Assembly (NCBI GenBank): GCA_951406725.2
Contig: OX597839.1
Span: 33,790,001 to 33,854,000, forward strand
DNA length: 64,000 nt
Direction: 5' to 3'
Origin: Octopus vulgaris
Lineage: Eukaryota
Shown here in pieces: positions 35,863 through 50,916 of this stretch (within the stretch, counting starts at the first letter, position 1; each line of letters opens with the position of its first letter). The translations under genes were made by a program, and so were the position numbers. The notes beneath the pieces are model-generated. The model was not told where the DNA came from and made no database searches. It saw only the letters and a program-made list of their open reading frames with translations.

Positions 35863-38800
35863 CTAGCAGTATCGCCCGGCGTTGCTCGGGTGTGTGTAAG
35901 GGAAATAACTATATAAGCATTTTTAGAGAGTTATAGCCAAAAAAATAGCAAAAAAATGCATTGAAAATGGAAAAAAAATGGTTTATTTTTTTTTAAATCG
36001 TTGACTCATTGTAGACATTTTTAGAGAGTTACTTCCCTTAAATAATAGCGAAAAAATGCATTGAAAATGCAAAAAAATCACGGTAAATTTTTTTAAATCG
36101 TTGACTCATCGTAGACATTTTTAGAGAGTTACTTCCCTTAAATAATAGCGGAAAAAATGCATTGAAAATGGAAAAAATGATGGTAAATTTTTTTTAAATC
36201 GTTGACTCATCGTAGACATTTTTAGAGAGTTACTTCCCTTAATTAATAGCGAAAAAATGCATTAAAATGGAAAAAATGATAGTAAATTATTTTTAAAATC
36301 GTTGACATTTTTAGAGAGTTACTTCCCTTATATAATAGCGAAAAAAATGCATTGAAAATGGAAAAAAATGATGGTAAATTTTTTTTTAAATCGTAGACTC
36401 ATTGTAGACATTTTTAGAGAGTTACTTCCCTTAAATAATAGCGAAAAAAATGGATTGAAAATGGAAAAAAATGATAGTAAATTTTTTTTTAAATCGTAGA
36501 CTCATCGTAGACATTTTTAGAGAGTTACTTCCCTTAAATAATAGCGAAAAAAATGCATTGAAAATGGAAAAAAATGATGGTAAATTTTTTTTTAAATCGT
36601 TGACTCATCGTAGACATTTTTAGAGAGTTACTTCCCTTATATAATTACGAAAAAAATGCATTGAAAATGCAAAAAAAAACGGTAAATTTTTTTTAAATCG
36701 TTGACTCATCGTAGACATTTTTAGAGAGTTACTTCCCTTAAATAATAGCGGAAAAAATGCATTGAAAATGGAAAAAATGATAGTAAATTATTTTTAAAAT
36801 CGTAGACATTTTTAGAGAGTTACTTCCCTTATATAATAGCGAAAAAAATGCATTGAAAATGGAAAAAAATGATGGTAAATTTTTTTTTAAATCGTAGACT
36901 CATTGTAGACATTTTTAGAGAGTTACTTCCCTTAAATAATAGCGAAAAAAATGGATTGAAAATGGAAAAAAATGATAGTAAATTTTTTTTTAAATCGTAG
37001 ACTCATCGTAGACATTTTTAGAGAGTTACTTCCCTTAAATAATAGCGAAAAAAATGCATTGAAAATGGAAAAAAATGATGGTAAATTTTTTTTTAAATCG
37101 TTGACTCATCGTAGACATTTTTAGAGAGTTACTTCCCTTATATAATTACGAAAAAAATGCATTGAAAATGCAAAAAAAAACGGTAAATTTTTTTTAAATC
37201 GTTGACTCATCGTAGACATTTTTAGAGAGTTACTTCCCTTATATAATTACCAAAAAATGCATTGAAAATGCAAAAAAATCACGGTAAATTTTTTTTAAAT
37301 CGTTGACTCATCGTAGACATTTTTAGAGAGTTACTTCCCTTAAATAATAGCGGAAAAAATGCATTGAAAATGGAAAAAATGATGGTAAATTTTTTTAAAT
37401 CGTTGACTCATCGTAGACATTTTTAGAGAGTTACTTCCCTTAATTAATAGCGAAAAAATGCATTAAAATGGAAAAAATGATAGTAAATTATTTTTAAAAT
37501 CGTTGACATTTTTAGAGAGTTACTTCCCTTATATAATAGCGAAAAAAATGCATTGAAAATGGAAAAAAATGATGGTAAATTTTTTTTTAAATCGTAGACT
37601 CATTGTAGACATTTTTAGAGAGTTACTTCCCTTAAATAATAGCGAAAAAAATGGATTGAAAATGGAAAAAAATGATAGTAAATTTTTTTTTAAATCGTAG
37701 ACTCATCGTAGACATTTTTAGAGAGTTACTTCCCTTAAATAATAGCGAAAAAAATGCATTGAAAATGGAAAAAAATGATGGTAAATTTTTTTTTAAATCG
37801 TTGACTCATCGTAGACATTTTTAGAGAGTTACTTCCCTTATATAATTACGAAAAAAATGCATTGAAAATGCAAAAAAAAACGGTAAATTTTTTTTAAATC
37901 GTTGACTCATCGTAGACATTTTTAGAGAGTTACTTCCCTTAAATAATAGCGGAAAAAATGCATTGAAAATGGAAAAAATGATAGTAAATTATTTTTAAAA
38001 TCGTAGACATTTTTAGAGAGTTACTTCCCTTATATAATAGCGAAAAAAATGCATTGAAAATGGAAAAAAATGATGGTAAATTTTTTTTTAAATCGTAGAC
38101 TCATTGTAGACATTTTTAGAGAGTTACTTCCCTTAAATAATAGCGAAAAAAATGGATTGAAAATGGAAAAAAAGTGATAGTAAATTTTTTTTTAAATCGT
38201 AGACTCATCGTAGACATTTTTAGAGAGTTACTTCCCTTAAATAATAGCGAAAAAAATGCATTGAAAATGGAAAAAAATGATGGTAAATTTTTTTTTAAAT
38301 CGTTGACTCATCGTAGACATTTTTAGAGAGTTACTTCCCTTATATAATTACGAAAAAAATGCATTGAAAATGCAAAAAAAAACGGTAAATTTTTTTAAAT
38401 CGTTGACTCATCGTAGACATTTTTAGAGAGTTACTTCCCTTAAATAATAGCGGAAAAAATGCATTGAAAATGGAAAAAATGATAGTAAATTATTTTTAAA
38501 ATCGTAGACATTTTTAGAGAGTTACTTCCTTATATAATAGCGAAAAAATGCATTGAAAATGGAAAAAAATGATGGTAAATTTTTTTTTAAATCGTAGACT
38601 CATTGTAGACATTTTTAGAGAGTTACTTCCCTTAAATAATAGCGAAAAAAATGGATTGAAAATGGAAAAAAATGATAGTAAATTTTTTTAAATCGTAGAC
38701 TCATCGTAGACATTTTTAGAGAGTTACTTCCTTAAATAATAGCGGAAAAAATGCATTGAAAATGGAAAAATGATGAGTAAATTTTTTTAAATCGTTGACT

Positions 38801-39250
38801 CATCGTAGACATTTTTAGAGAGTTACTTCCCTTAATTAATAGCGAAAAAATGCATTAAAATGGAAAAAATGATAGTAAATTATTTTTAAAATCGTAGACA
38901 TTTTTAGAGAGTTACTTCCCTTATATAATAGCGAAAAAAATGCATTGAAAATGGAAAAAAATGATGGTAAATTTTTTTTTAAATCGTAGACTCATCGTAG
39001 ACATTTTTAGAGAGTTACTTCCCTTATATAATAGCGAAAAAATGCATTAAAATGGAAAAAAATGATAGTAAATTATTTTTAAAATCGTAGACTCATCGTC
39101 GACGCGCGCTAATACCTAGAAGGGCTCGATATGAATCACAACTATAAGATACCCGGTTTTGGTTAAACTGCACTGCAAAATGTGGGAGTAGTTAGGAATC
39201 TAAATCGTAGGAGACAGACACTCACACAACCTCACTTTTATATATAAAAA
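35863..39250 (-). mobile_element. Non-autonomous Helitron carrying a ~100-bp satellite
   Basis: Minus-strand 3' end cccgagcaacgccgggcgatactgCTAG|t (hairpin plus CTAG). 5' end ttatatataaaagtgagg..tgtctgtc. Internal tandem array ~35915-39100. Confidence 0.8.
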
Positions 39251-40214
39251 TTAAATAAATAAGAAAAAGACATACATACATACATACATACATATACGTA
39301 CGTACGTATGCACGCATGCAAAATTTATTTTAAATTATAAAAAGAGAGCACACAGGCGCAGGAGTGGCTGTGTGGTAAGTAGCTTGCTAACCAACCACAT
39401 GGTTCCGGGTTCAGTCCCACTGCGTGGCATCTTGGGCAAGTGTCTTCTGCTATAGCCCCGGGCCGACCAATGCCTTCTGAGTGGATTTGGTAGACGGAAA
39501 CTGAAAGAAGCCTGTCGTATATATGTATATATATGTATGTGTGTGTGTTTGTGTTTGTCCCCCTAGCATTGCTTGACAACCGATGCTGGTGTGTTTATGT
39601 CCCCGTTACTTAGCGGTTCGGCAAAAAGAGACCGATAGAATAAGTACTAAAAGGCGGTGCTCCAGCATGGCCGCAGTCAAATGACTGAAACAAGTAAAAG
39701 AGTACACACACATATACAGACACACGACGGTCTACAAAGGCTTTGGTCAGCCCAAACCTATAGTAGAAAATACGGTTACTTCTCCGGATGCCACACAGTG
39801 GGACTGAACCCACAGCCTTGTGGTTGGGAAGCAGTCTTCGTACCACACAGTCACACACCTGTACGTAAGGTCACGCGCTTTTCGTTTATACCGCAAGGTT
39901 AACTTTTGTCATCGATGCTGTAACGATCCACCATCATAAGATAAATATGTGATGATGTTTGATTTGCGGAAAAAGACCAGCAATTTCCAGGGAGTGCGTC
40001 CGTATGGATGTTAGTCGATGGTATCATCGATTCCGAAGGAGCGAAAGAGAAAACTGACCACCCGGATTTGAACTCGAAACGTAAAGAACAAATACAGGTA
40101 TCTTATCCGATGTCATAACGACCTCACCCCGCCCTAAGGTGAATAAATAATCATTTTTAATTTACGAACAAGGCCAGTTATTTTAAAGGAATGTTGTGTG
40201 AGTGTGGAGGGGGA

Positions 40215-41128
40215 ATTGTCGATGTTATCGACCCTGGATGAACGAGAGGTAGAGTTGATTTCGGCTGGGTTCCAACTCAGAACGTAAAGAACAAGGTAAA
40301 AATACGGTGGTTTATTATCGACCCTGGTTGAAAAAAAGGTAGAGTTGACTTCGACTGGGTTCGAACTCAGAACGTAAAGAACAAGGTAAAAATACCGTGG
40401 TTTATTACCGACCCCGGACGAACGAAAGGCAAAAGTTGACTTCGGCTGGGTTCGAACTCAGAACGTAAAGAACAAGGTAAAAATACGGTTGTTTATTATC
40501 GACCCTGGTTGAAAAAAAGGTAGAGTTGACTTCGACTGGGTTCGAACTCAGAACGTAAAGAACAAGGTAAAAATACAGTGGTTTATTATCGACCCTGGTT
40601 GAAAAAAAGGTAGAGTTGACTTCGACTGGGTTCGAACTCAGAACGTAAAGAACAAGGTAAAAATACCGTGGTTTATTATCGACCCCGGACGAACGAAAGG
40701 CAAAAGTTGATTTCGGCTGGGTTCGAACTCAGAACGTAAAGAACAAGGTAAAAATACGGTGGTTTATTATCGACCCTGGTTGAAAAAAAGGTAGAGTTGA
40801 CTTCGACTGGGTTCGAACTCAGAACGTAAAGAACAAGGTAAAAATACGGTGGTTTATTATCGACCCTGGTTGAAAAAAAGGTAGAGTTGACTTCGACTGG
40901 GTTCGAACTCAGAACGTAAAGAACAAGGTAAAAATACCGTGGTTTATTATCGACCCCGGACGAACGAAAGGCAAAAGTTGACTTCGGCTGGGTTCGAACT
41001 CAGAACGTAAAGAACAAGGTAAAAATACCGCGGTTTATTATCGACCCTGGACGAACGAAAGGTAGAGTTGACTTCGGCTGGGTTCGAACTCAGAACGTAA
41101 AGAACTAGGTAAAAATACGGCGGTTTAT
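40215..41128. repeat. ~91-bp tandem array derived from SINE family 2 (~10 units)
   Basis: Unit ttatcgaccc..gttgacttcg.ctgggttcgaactcagaacgtaaagaacaagg. Confidence 0.85.
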
Positions 41129-41629
41129 TAATCCGGCAGGTGAAAAGGTGAGTAGCATAGGTTGCAGAAATTTACGAAAGCCAAACCCCAGCAGAAAAAA
41201 AGTTGGATTGAGGAAGAAACGGAAGGACATTTTGATGAGGAGAGGCAGAGAGCAAACGGCTGGGAACTTCCAAAGCAGACGTCTTGGACACGTGCTTGCT
41301 GGTTCCTGGGAAGAAAATTGCCAACCTTCATTCTTCCTTTCTCTCTCTCTTTTCTTTTAGGAGTGAATGTGTCTGTGTGTGTGTTTCTGTGCGTGTGTGT
41401 GTGTGTTTCTGTGCTTATCTGTGTGTGTGTGTGTGACTGCGTGTTGCGCTTCTATTCATTCACCCCTCTTGCTCCTCCTCCTCCTCCTCCTTCCATTCTC
41501 CCGCTCCTCCCCTCCTCGTCTGCTTTCTCCCGTTCTCCCGCTCCTCCTCCTCCTTTTTTCTCTAATTCTCCCGCTCCTCCTCCTTTTTTCTCCCATTCTC
41601 CCCCTCCTCCTCATTTTAATTTTTTTTTT

Positions 41630-42060
41630 TTTTTCGTTTCGCCTTCGCCTTCGTCGTTGTCGTTGTCGTCGACTTCGACTTCCGCTTCCTGGTGAATCCA
41701 TCAGCAGCAAGCGGCAGCAGCAGCAGCAGAAACAGCAGCAGCAGCAGGCTTCTGTTGACGGTGGGAGGAGGAGGAGGAGCAGGAGGAAGAGGAGGCGTAC
41801 TAGCGAGCGAGCGAGCGTGCGCGCGTGCGAACGAGCCGAGGAGGAGGAGGAGGAGAAGGCGCGGTCGGAGTGAGGGGGGTTTAACGTTTTTTTTCTATTC
41901 GTCTCATTTACATACATCTACATAACCACGTACGTACGCACACACAGACACACACGCTAACACACAGACACACGCTAACACACAGACACGCACACACACA
42001 CACGAACAAGGTGCGCGCGCGCTCACGCCCTCACACGCGCGCACTGTGTAACGCATTATT
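41630..42060. promoter_or_regulatory. CpG-rich promoter/5'UTR-like island
   Basis: Dense CpG, tandem ETS cores (acttccgcttcc), and CAG/GGA runs in AT-rich surroundings. Confidence 0.4.
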
Positions 42061-42109
42061 AACGAACCAACAACAACAACAACAATACTAAGGACGTGAT
42101 TACACACGT

Positions 42110-42140
<31 letters not shown>

Positions 42141-43016
42141 TATACATATATACATACATACACACATATATATATACATACATATGTACATTTCTTCTTG
42201 TTGCTCTGCTCGTCTATAATTTAATATGTCACACACTTTTATGCATTTGACGTAAAATATCTTTTAATCCGGATATTCCTAATAATAGAAGCTTACGGTG
42301 ATTATTACTGTTAATTACTACGGTTATTATTATCATTATTATTATCAGTGTTGTTGTTGTTGTTATTTGTTAATAAGTTAAGGTAACAAAAACAGCTGAA
42401 AAACACCTAAAAAAAAAACACCTCTTTCCACCCGAATTATGATTTCTAGAAGGTAAGTAATTAACGATGATAATGATTAATTAATCAGTGTTGTTAATTA
42501 TAATTGTGATTTAAAAAAAAAAAAATTATAATGTTAATTATAATTGATGTTCATAATTTGTTCTTTCTATCTGTTGATGTTTTGTGTTCATACCATAGGT
42601 TTTAAATATGTTATACATGTATGTATATATATATATGTATGTATATATACATACTGACAAGTGTGTATAATATGTAGATAAGTATATATACGTACACAGT
42701 TTATATATATATATATATACACATATAGACAAGTGTGTATAATATCTAGATAAGTATATATACGTACACATAAACATGTACACAGTTTATATATATATAT
42801 ACACAGAGACAAGTGTGTATAATATATAGATAAGTATATATACGTACACATAAATATGTACACAGTTTATATATATATATATACATACAGACAAGTGTGT
42901 ATAATATATAGATTATATATATGTACACAGTTTATATATATATATATACATACACATACAGACAAGTGTGTATAATATGTAGATAAGTATATATACCTAC
43001 ACATAAATATGTACAC

Positions 43017-43062
<46 letters not shown>

Positions 43063-44567
43063 CTTGAACCCTGATTTGCGCGTACATATATATATATATA
43101 TATATATGTACACCTAAGTATGTGTGTATATATATACACACACACACACAGTCCTTCGTTTTCACTCTACCTGGGACAAGCTCGATAGAGTCTCCCATGT
43201 CCGTCTCGTCCCCGGATAGGGCGATGTTCCTTTTTGCTCTTTCCTTCTGTCTTTTAAATATGACTTCCTCGGTCTTTCAATCAATTTTTCTTCCCAGTTT
43301 CTCTCACTTTGAATCTCTCGTCTTCCATCAGAGTCTTTCCATCTCTGTTTTATTCAAGTCTTTAGACATATCAACAATCTTCTTAACAACACTTTATATC
43401 AATCTCTACACCTTTTCGTTTTTTTTTTGTATTTGTATTTGTATTATACACATTATACAACTCCTACACTTAGACATACAAACAATAGTACACAGACACA
43501 TATATATATACACCCACACACTTCACACCCACATATACACGATCGTATACATACACACACTTATACGCGCACACATATATATACACACGTAAATGTACAA
43601 TCAGATAGATATATATATATAAGCACACACACACACTGATGTATATACACTGTTATATACACATATGTATACACTGATATACAATATATATATATATATA
43701 CATGTAAATGTACAGTCATATATATATATATATGCACACACACACACTGATGTATATACAAACACACTGATATATATATATATATACACACACACATAAA
43801 TGTACCGTCATAGATATATATATATAAGCACACACACACACACTGATGTATATACAAACACACTGTTATATACACACATGTACACACACGTAAATGTAGT
43901 CATATGTATATAATGTATAAGTACACACATGTATATACAAACACACTGATATATATATAAGTATATACATACACACGTAAGTGTACAGTCATACATAATA
44001 TATATATATAGGTATATATATATATGTACACTCGTATATAGACATATTCTCGTATATGTACACATAGTTACACACACACACACACACATTCTATTCAATT
44101 TTCGTTTTTCAAATTTCATTTACCCTCACCCGACATTCATTTTATTGTTCTTCTAAAATTAACATCAACATCTTCCTTGTGATGTCCCCCCAACGAATCC
44201 AGATTTAACGACAATTAAAGTTTAATTGGACTTTTAATTGCTTTCCTTCTTCCGTACCTCGGTGCCCGATGTAAACTTTCGCAGTCCCGTGTGAGAGAGA
44301 ATCTTGCGCGTGTGTGTGTTTATATGCGTACCTATTTCTATGTATGACTGAGGGTATGTATAATGTATGTAAATAGTAAATAGTGCCTTGTTTCGTTGTG
44401 TAGCCCCAGGTCAGCCCCCCCCCCCCGGTTGGGCTGAGGCATGATCAAAGGGCGCTCTAATCGGGACCATTCCAACGTTTTATACATCTGCGTTTCTCTT
44501 GTACGGATGTATAATGTGCTTAAACTAGTCGAGCCGAACCTGTTCACACGCATCTGTGTGTATGTGC

Positions 44568-44610
<43 letters not shown>

Positions 44611-44619
44611 CATACATAC

Positions 44620-44650
<31 letters not shown>

Positions 44651-47600
44651 CAGACGTGTGTTTATAACATAAATGGTTTGGAATATGCATGAAACGTATG
44701 CTTTTACAGTATATTGAAGAGGTTATTGTCAGTTTTTGTATTGTGTAAATCTGTTAAAAATGTGTGTGTGTGTGTGTATATATAATATATATTTATATTA
44801 ATGTGTTGGACTTGTATATATATATGATTTATATATCGCTTGTTGATTTCATTGTTCTTTTACTGTATACGCAAATGGGTGTGTTTTCTTTTAAAACAAT
44901 TATGTCTTAAGTTTTGCGAGTATTTATATATATATATATATATATTCAAACGTGGTCTTTTTGATTTATAAACGTTCACACTGTCGCCCTTCATAAACGA
45001 TTATATATATATCTCTTATGTATATATATAAATGTATAAAATCTTCTGGTATTATTTGCCTGTACAGATGTAATTTATTGTATACATACATACATATATA
45101 CATTATGTACGTATGAGTGTGTGTATGTAATAATTGACCTTGTGTAATCCTGTGAAAAAGACTGAGTTTTCACCTCAATTTCAGACGTAACAGTCATTTG
45201 TTGGTAACCTGGCCGGATACTTAGCTACGTTTCTTCCGGTCCTCTGCGTTAACAGTTCAAATTCCGTCGACGTCGATTTTTACCTTTCATTCTTTCTGGG
45301 AACGATAAAATAAACTACCAGTTGAATGTTGGTGTCAGTGGAATCGGTTAACTCTTCTTCGTAAAATTTCAGGCCTTGTGCCTTTAGAAGAAATAATTAT
45401 TATTCGGCGAGCCGGCAAAATCGTTAGCGAACGGGGCAAAGTGCTAAGTGTATGGTGACATTTCTTCGGGGTTTTTTACAGAGTTCAAATTAAGTAAGCG
45501 GAGGTCGACCTTTTCTTTTATCCCTTCGTAGTCGATAAGGTACCAGTTGGGTCCTGGGATACATGTAATCGCCTTACTGCCCCGCTCCCTAAAATTGCAG
45601 GTTTGTACTTTACTTAGAAACGATTATGAAATTTTCGCTTTTTAGTTCGTGATCAAAATCTGCTGGGGTAAACTTTATCTTTCATCCCTCTAGGGGCCGA
45701 AAATCTATAGTACCAGTCATGCACTGAGTGCGGCAGTGATATCACCTAGCCTTCTCTTTAAAAAATGCTCTCTACATAGGCGCAGGAGTGGCTGTGTGGT
45801 ATGTAGCTTGCTTACCAACCACATGGTTCCAGGTTCAGTCCCACTGCATGGCACCTTGGGCAAGTGTCTTCTACTATAGCCTCGGGCCGACCAAAGCCTT
45901 GTGAGTGGATTTGGTAGACGGAAACTGAAAGAAGCCTGTCGTTTCTATGTATGTATATATATATGTGTGTGTATATGTTTGTGTGTCTGTTTGTTCCCCT
46001 AGCATTGCTTGACAACCGATGCTGGTGTGTCTACGTCCCCATCACTTAGCGGTTCGATAAAAAGAGACCGATAGAATAAGTACTGGGCTTACAAAAGAAT
46101 AAGTCCCGGGGGTCTATTTGCTCGACTAAAGGCGGTGCTCCAGCATGGCCGCAGTCAAATGACTATAACAAGTAAAAGAGTACAGGTGCAGGCCAGGTAG
46201 CCAAGATGCTTGCTTCCCAACCATGTGGTCTTGGGTTCAGTTCCACCAAACAACATCTTGGGCAAGTGTTGTCTTCTATAGTTCCTGTACAACCAATTCT
46301 TTGAGTAGATTTGGTAGTCAGGAACTAAAACAAACCCATAGACAAGGTGTGGCTGTGTAGTAAGTAGCTTGCTTCCCAACTACATGGTTCCGGGTTCAGT
46401 CCCACTGCGTGGCACCTTGGGCAAGTGTTTTCTATTATAGCCTTGGGCCGACCAAAGCCTTGTGAGTGGATTTATTAGACGGAAACTGAAAGAAGCTCAT
46501 CATGTGTTTGTTTGTTTGTTTCCTATCCTCACCGCTTGACAACAAGTGTTGGTGTGTTTATGTCCCCATTACTTAGCTGTCCAGCAAAAAGAGACCAATA
46601 AAATAAGTACTAGACTTCACAAAAAATCTTTTATAGAAACTTCTTTCAAAATCCCTATTTTACTTTCCACATATTCACTTCTGGTGGGCTGAAATATGTC
46701 ACCTAAAGAGTTTCTACAGCTGGATGCCCTTCCTAACGCGAACCACTCCGAGAGTGTAGTGGGTGTTTTTTACGTGCCGCCAGCTCCAATTGTCCGTTGT
46801 GGCACGGTTTCTACAGCTGGTTTCTGTGGCGTATGTGTTCCACCCAGCTGGATGGGACGCCAGTCCATCGCAGCGTTACTCAAGAAACAGGAAGAGAGAG
46901 TGTGAGAAAGAGTACAACAGGGGTCACCACCACCCCCTGCTGGAGCCTCGTGGAGTTTTAGGTGTTTTCGCTCAATAAACACACACAACGCCCAGTCTAG
47001 GAATTGAAACCGCGATCCTCCGGCCTCGAGTCCGCTGCCCTAACCACTGGGCCATTGCGCCTCCACCGTGTTGAGTAGCATCATCATTATTTTTATTCCT
47101 TTCTAGTTCCATAGAGTAATTGTGTATCTCCTGTACAGTAAGGAACCTGTTATGGCCCCTTTTTTCATGCTTTAACCCAGTGATTCTCAACTGGGGTCCA
47201 CTAGGATAAAATAATAATCAGAGGGGCCCATAGACAAAAAATGGTTGAGAGACCCTGAGCTACAGCAATCTTACCTGATTAGACATTGAAGCTGTCCCTT
47301 GAGACATCAGGCCCTTTTCTAACTGACCAACCCATGGGAACTCGGCATTAAATGATGCTGTGACTGAATAGTCGAGGTATTACATTTGTTGCTGTAGTCC
47401 AAGGTACACAGTGTCGTCTGAATAGGAGACACTATGGTCATGGCTGGAACGTGTTTGATCATAGGTTTGCTTGTTTAGTACTGACCAAAGTCTAAAAAAA
47501 AAGCAACTGCCCAAACAATTGTGTGTGTGTGCTTCTGTCTGTGTGTCCTATATAATCTGAACTTTTGTAGAACATGCTAGATGTGACTATTTTTGTTTGC

Positions 47601-47757
47601 AGTGTTGCTTTGTTGCCATGGTAACGTGACACTTTGAGGCACGCATTTGCGAAAGGAGTCGCATTTGAGTCACGAAATTTCAACAGTGAAATTGCCAAAT
47701 TTTATTTGTTGTCCTTGTTAAATTTTTATCTTAAGTGCAAATCATTCAGTGTTGGAG

Positions 47758-47794
<37 letters not shown>

Positions 47795-47909
47795 ATAGGT
47801 AGAATTTAGGCCACAAAACTTGTCAGTAAAGACCATGTTTGAAAAAACTGAGGCCATATTTACACTTCAGCTTCTCATTGTGGTCCACGGACAAACACCG
47901 TTGACCACT

Positions 47910-49605
47910 TATTTCTTTATTGCCCACATGGGGCTAAACATAGAGGGGACAAACAAGGACAGACAAAGGGATTAAGTCGATTACATCGACCCCCAGTGCA
48001 TAACTGGTACTTGATTTATCGACCCTGAAAGGATAGAAGGCAAAGTCGACCTCGGCGGAATTTGAACTCAGAACGTAAAGACAGATGAAATGCCTATTTC
48101 TTTATTGCCCACAAGGGGCTAAACACAGAGAGGATAAACAAGGACAGATAAAAGGGATTAAGTTGATTACATCGACCCCAGTGCGTAACTGGTACTTAAT
48201 TTATCGACCCCGAAAGGATGAAAGGCAAAGTCGACCTCAGCGGAAACTGAACTCAGAACAAAACGGCAGACGAAATACCTATTTCTTTACTACCCACAAG
48301 TGTAATCATTCAGTGTCGGAGGCAAGTGTGTGTGTGTGTGTGTAATAGGAAGAATTTAGGCCACAAAACTTGTCAGTAAAGACCATGTTTGAAAAAACTG
48401 AGGCCATATTTACACTTCTCATTGTGCACCACAGACAAACGCTGTTGACCACTTATTTCTTTATTGCCCACAAGGGGCTAAACATAGAGGGGACAAACAA
48501 GGACAGACAAAGGGATTAAGTCGATTACATCGACCCCCAGTGCATAACTGGTACTTGATTTATCGACCCTGAAAGGATAGAAGGCAAAGTCGACATCGGC
48601 GCAATTTGAACTCAGAACGTAAAGACAGATGAAATGCCTATTTCTTTATTACCCACAAGGGGCTAAACATAGAGGGGACAAACAAGGACAGACAAAGAGA
48701 TTAAGTCGATTACATCGACCCCCAGTGCATAACTGGTACTTAATTTATCGACCCCGAAAGGATGAAAGGCAAAGTCGACCTCGGCGGAATTTGAACTCAG
48801 AACGTAAAGACAGATGAAATGCCTATTTCTTTATTACCCACAAGGGGCTAAACATAGAGGGGACAAACAAGGACAGACAAAGAGATTAAGTCGATTACAT
48901 CGACCTCAGTGCATAACTGGTACTTGATTTATCGACCCTGAAAGGATAGAAGGCAAAGTCGACCTCGGCGGAATTTGAACTCAGAACGTAAAGACAGATG
49001 AAATGCCTATTTCTTTATTACCCACAAGGGGCTAAACATAGAGGGGACAAACAAGGACAGACAAAGAGATTAAGTCGATTACATCGACCTCAGTGCATAA
49101 CTGGTACTTGATTTATCGACCCCGAAAGGATGAAAGGCAAAGTCGACCTCGGCGGAATTTGAACTCAGAACGTAAAGACAGATGAAATGCCTATTTCTTT
49201 ATTACCCACAAGGGGCTAAACACAGAGGGGACAAACAAGGACATACAAAGAGATTAAGTCGATTACATCGACCCCAATGCATAACTGGTACTTAATTTAT
49301 CGACCCCGAAAGGATGAAAGGCAAAGTCGACCTCGGCGGAATTTGAACTCAGAACGTAAAGACAGATGAAATGCCTATTTCTTTATTACCCACAAGAAGC
49401 TAAACATAGAGGGGACAAACAAGGACATACAAAGAGATTGTCGATTACATCGACCCCAATGCATAACTGGTACTTAATTTATCGACCCCGAAAGGATGAA
49501 AGGCAAAGTCGACCTCGGCGGAATTTGAACTCAGAACGTAACGGCAGACGAAATACTGCTAAGCATTTCACCCGGTGTGCTAACACTTCTGCCACTTCGC
49601 CGCCT
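47910..49605 (-). repeat. Head-to-tail array of ~179-bp SINE family 2 bodies ending in one complete head
   Basis: Repeated tatttctttattacccacaagg...ctcagaacgtaaagacagatgaaatgcc. Includes a duplicated flank (47740-47910 and 48300-48455). Confidence 0.88.
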
Positions 49606-50876
49606 TCTTTCGCCCGGTGTGCTTGACCACTTGTTTCCGGAATTCTCTCTTCTGCATTGTCCTCGGTTGGTCACTCTTCAGTGGACCAGAATCTTCAGCC
49701 AGTAGGTCAATAAATCCCCTGACCGGATGACTTTTAGGTCAAGCTTGCTGTAGCTTAGAAAAGATAAGGATCAGATGAGGGTGTTCACTTAAACCTCATT
49801 GTTGTGACCGGGATTGGTTATGGGTTTAAGAAGTTTGTTCCGTAACCATAACAGGTTTGTGTTAGGGTTCAGTCCATGTGGGTGGTACTCTGGACAGGTG
49901 GCTTCTAAGGTAACCTCGGGTAAAACTAACATCTTGTGAGTGGAATTTGGTTGGTGGATACTGTATGGAAGACAATTATGTGTGTGTGTTTGTCAACACA
50001 CGTGGCGGCTACGTGTAATTGACTTAATCCCTTTGTTTGTCCCCTCTGTGTTTAGCCCCTTGTGGGTAGTAAAGAAATAGGTATTTCGTCTGCCACTACG
50101 TTCTGATTTCAATTTCCACCGAGGTCGACTTTGCCTTTCATCCTTTCGGGGTCGATAAATTAAGTACCAGTTACGCACTGGGGTCGATGTAATCGACTTA
50201 ATCCGTTTGTCTGTCCTTGTTTGTCCCCTCTAATTTTAGCCCCTTGTGAGCAGTAAAGAAATAAGAAGCTGAAAGAAGCCTGTTGTGTGTGTGTGTGTGG
50301 TGTATATGTATAGAAGCCTGTTGTGTGTGTGTGTGGTCCCCCCTACATGGCCTTGTCCCCCCTACATGGCCTTGCTTTTTGCTTTTTGAGCCAAAAAATT
50401 AACTTAACTTAACAGGTGCATAGCTCAGACATTGGCAAGTCTCCCCAGGCCTAACTGTTACTTCTCTGCTTTGAGAGGCGACAGCTTTCGTAGCATTACC
50501 CGACATGGTGTGTTGGTGGGAAATCAGGGAGTCTCTCCAGGTCGAGGAGCTGTTTCCCCATCTCGAAAGGTTAGTGGCCTGATGCTGCAGACACATGAAT
50601 TTGGAAATTGCCGGAAAGAATCACAAGATGGATTCTTCAAGCTGAGCCTTCCGGCTGGAGACCAAAGAGTGGACGACAGACGAAGAATGAAATGCTTGAA
50701 CAATATCCAGGCGCCGCAGGAGTGGCTGTGTGGTAAGTAGCTTGCTTACCAACCACATGGTTCTGGGTTCAGTCCCACTGCGTGACACCTTCAGCTAGTG
50801 TCTTCTCCTATAGCCTTGGGCCTACCAAATCCTTGTGAGTGGATTTGGTAGACGGAAACTGAAAGAAGCCCGTTGT

Positions 50877-50916
<40 letters not shown>

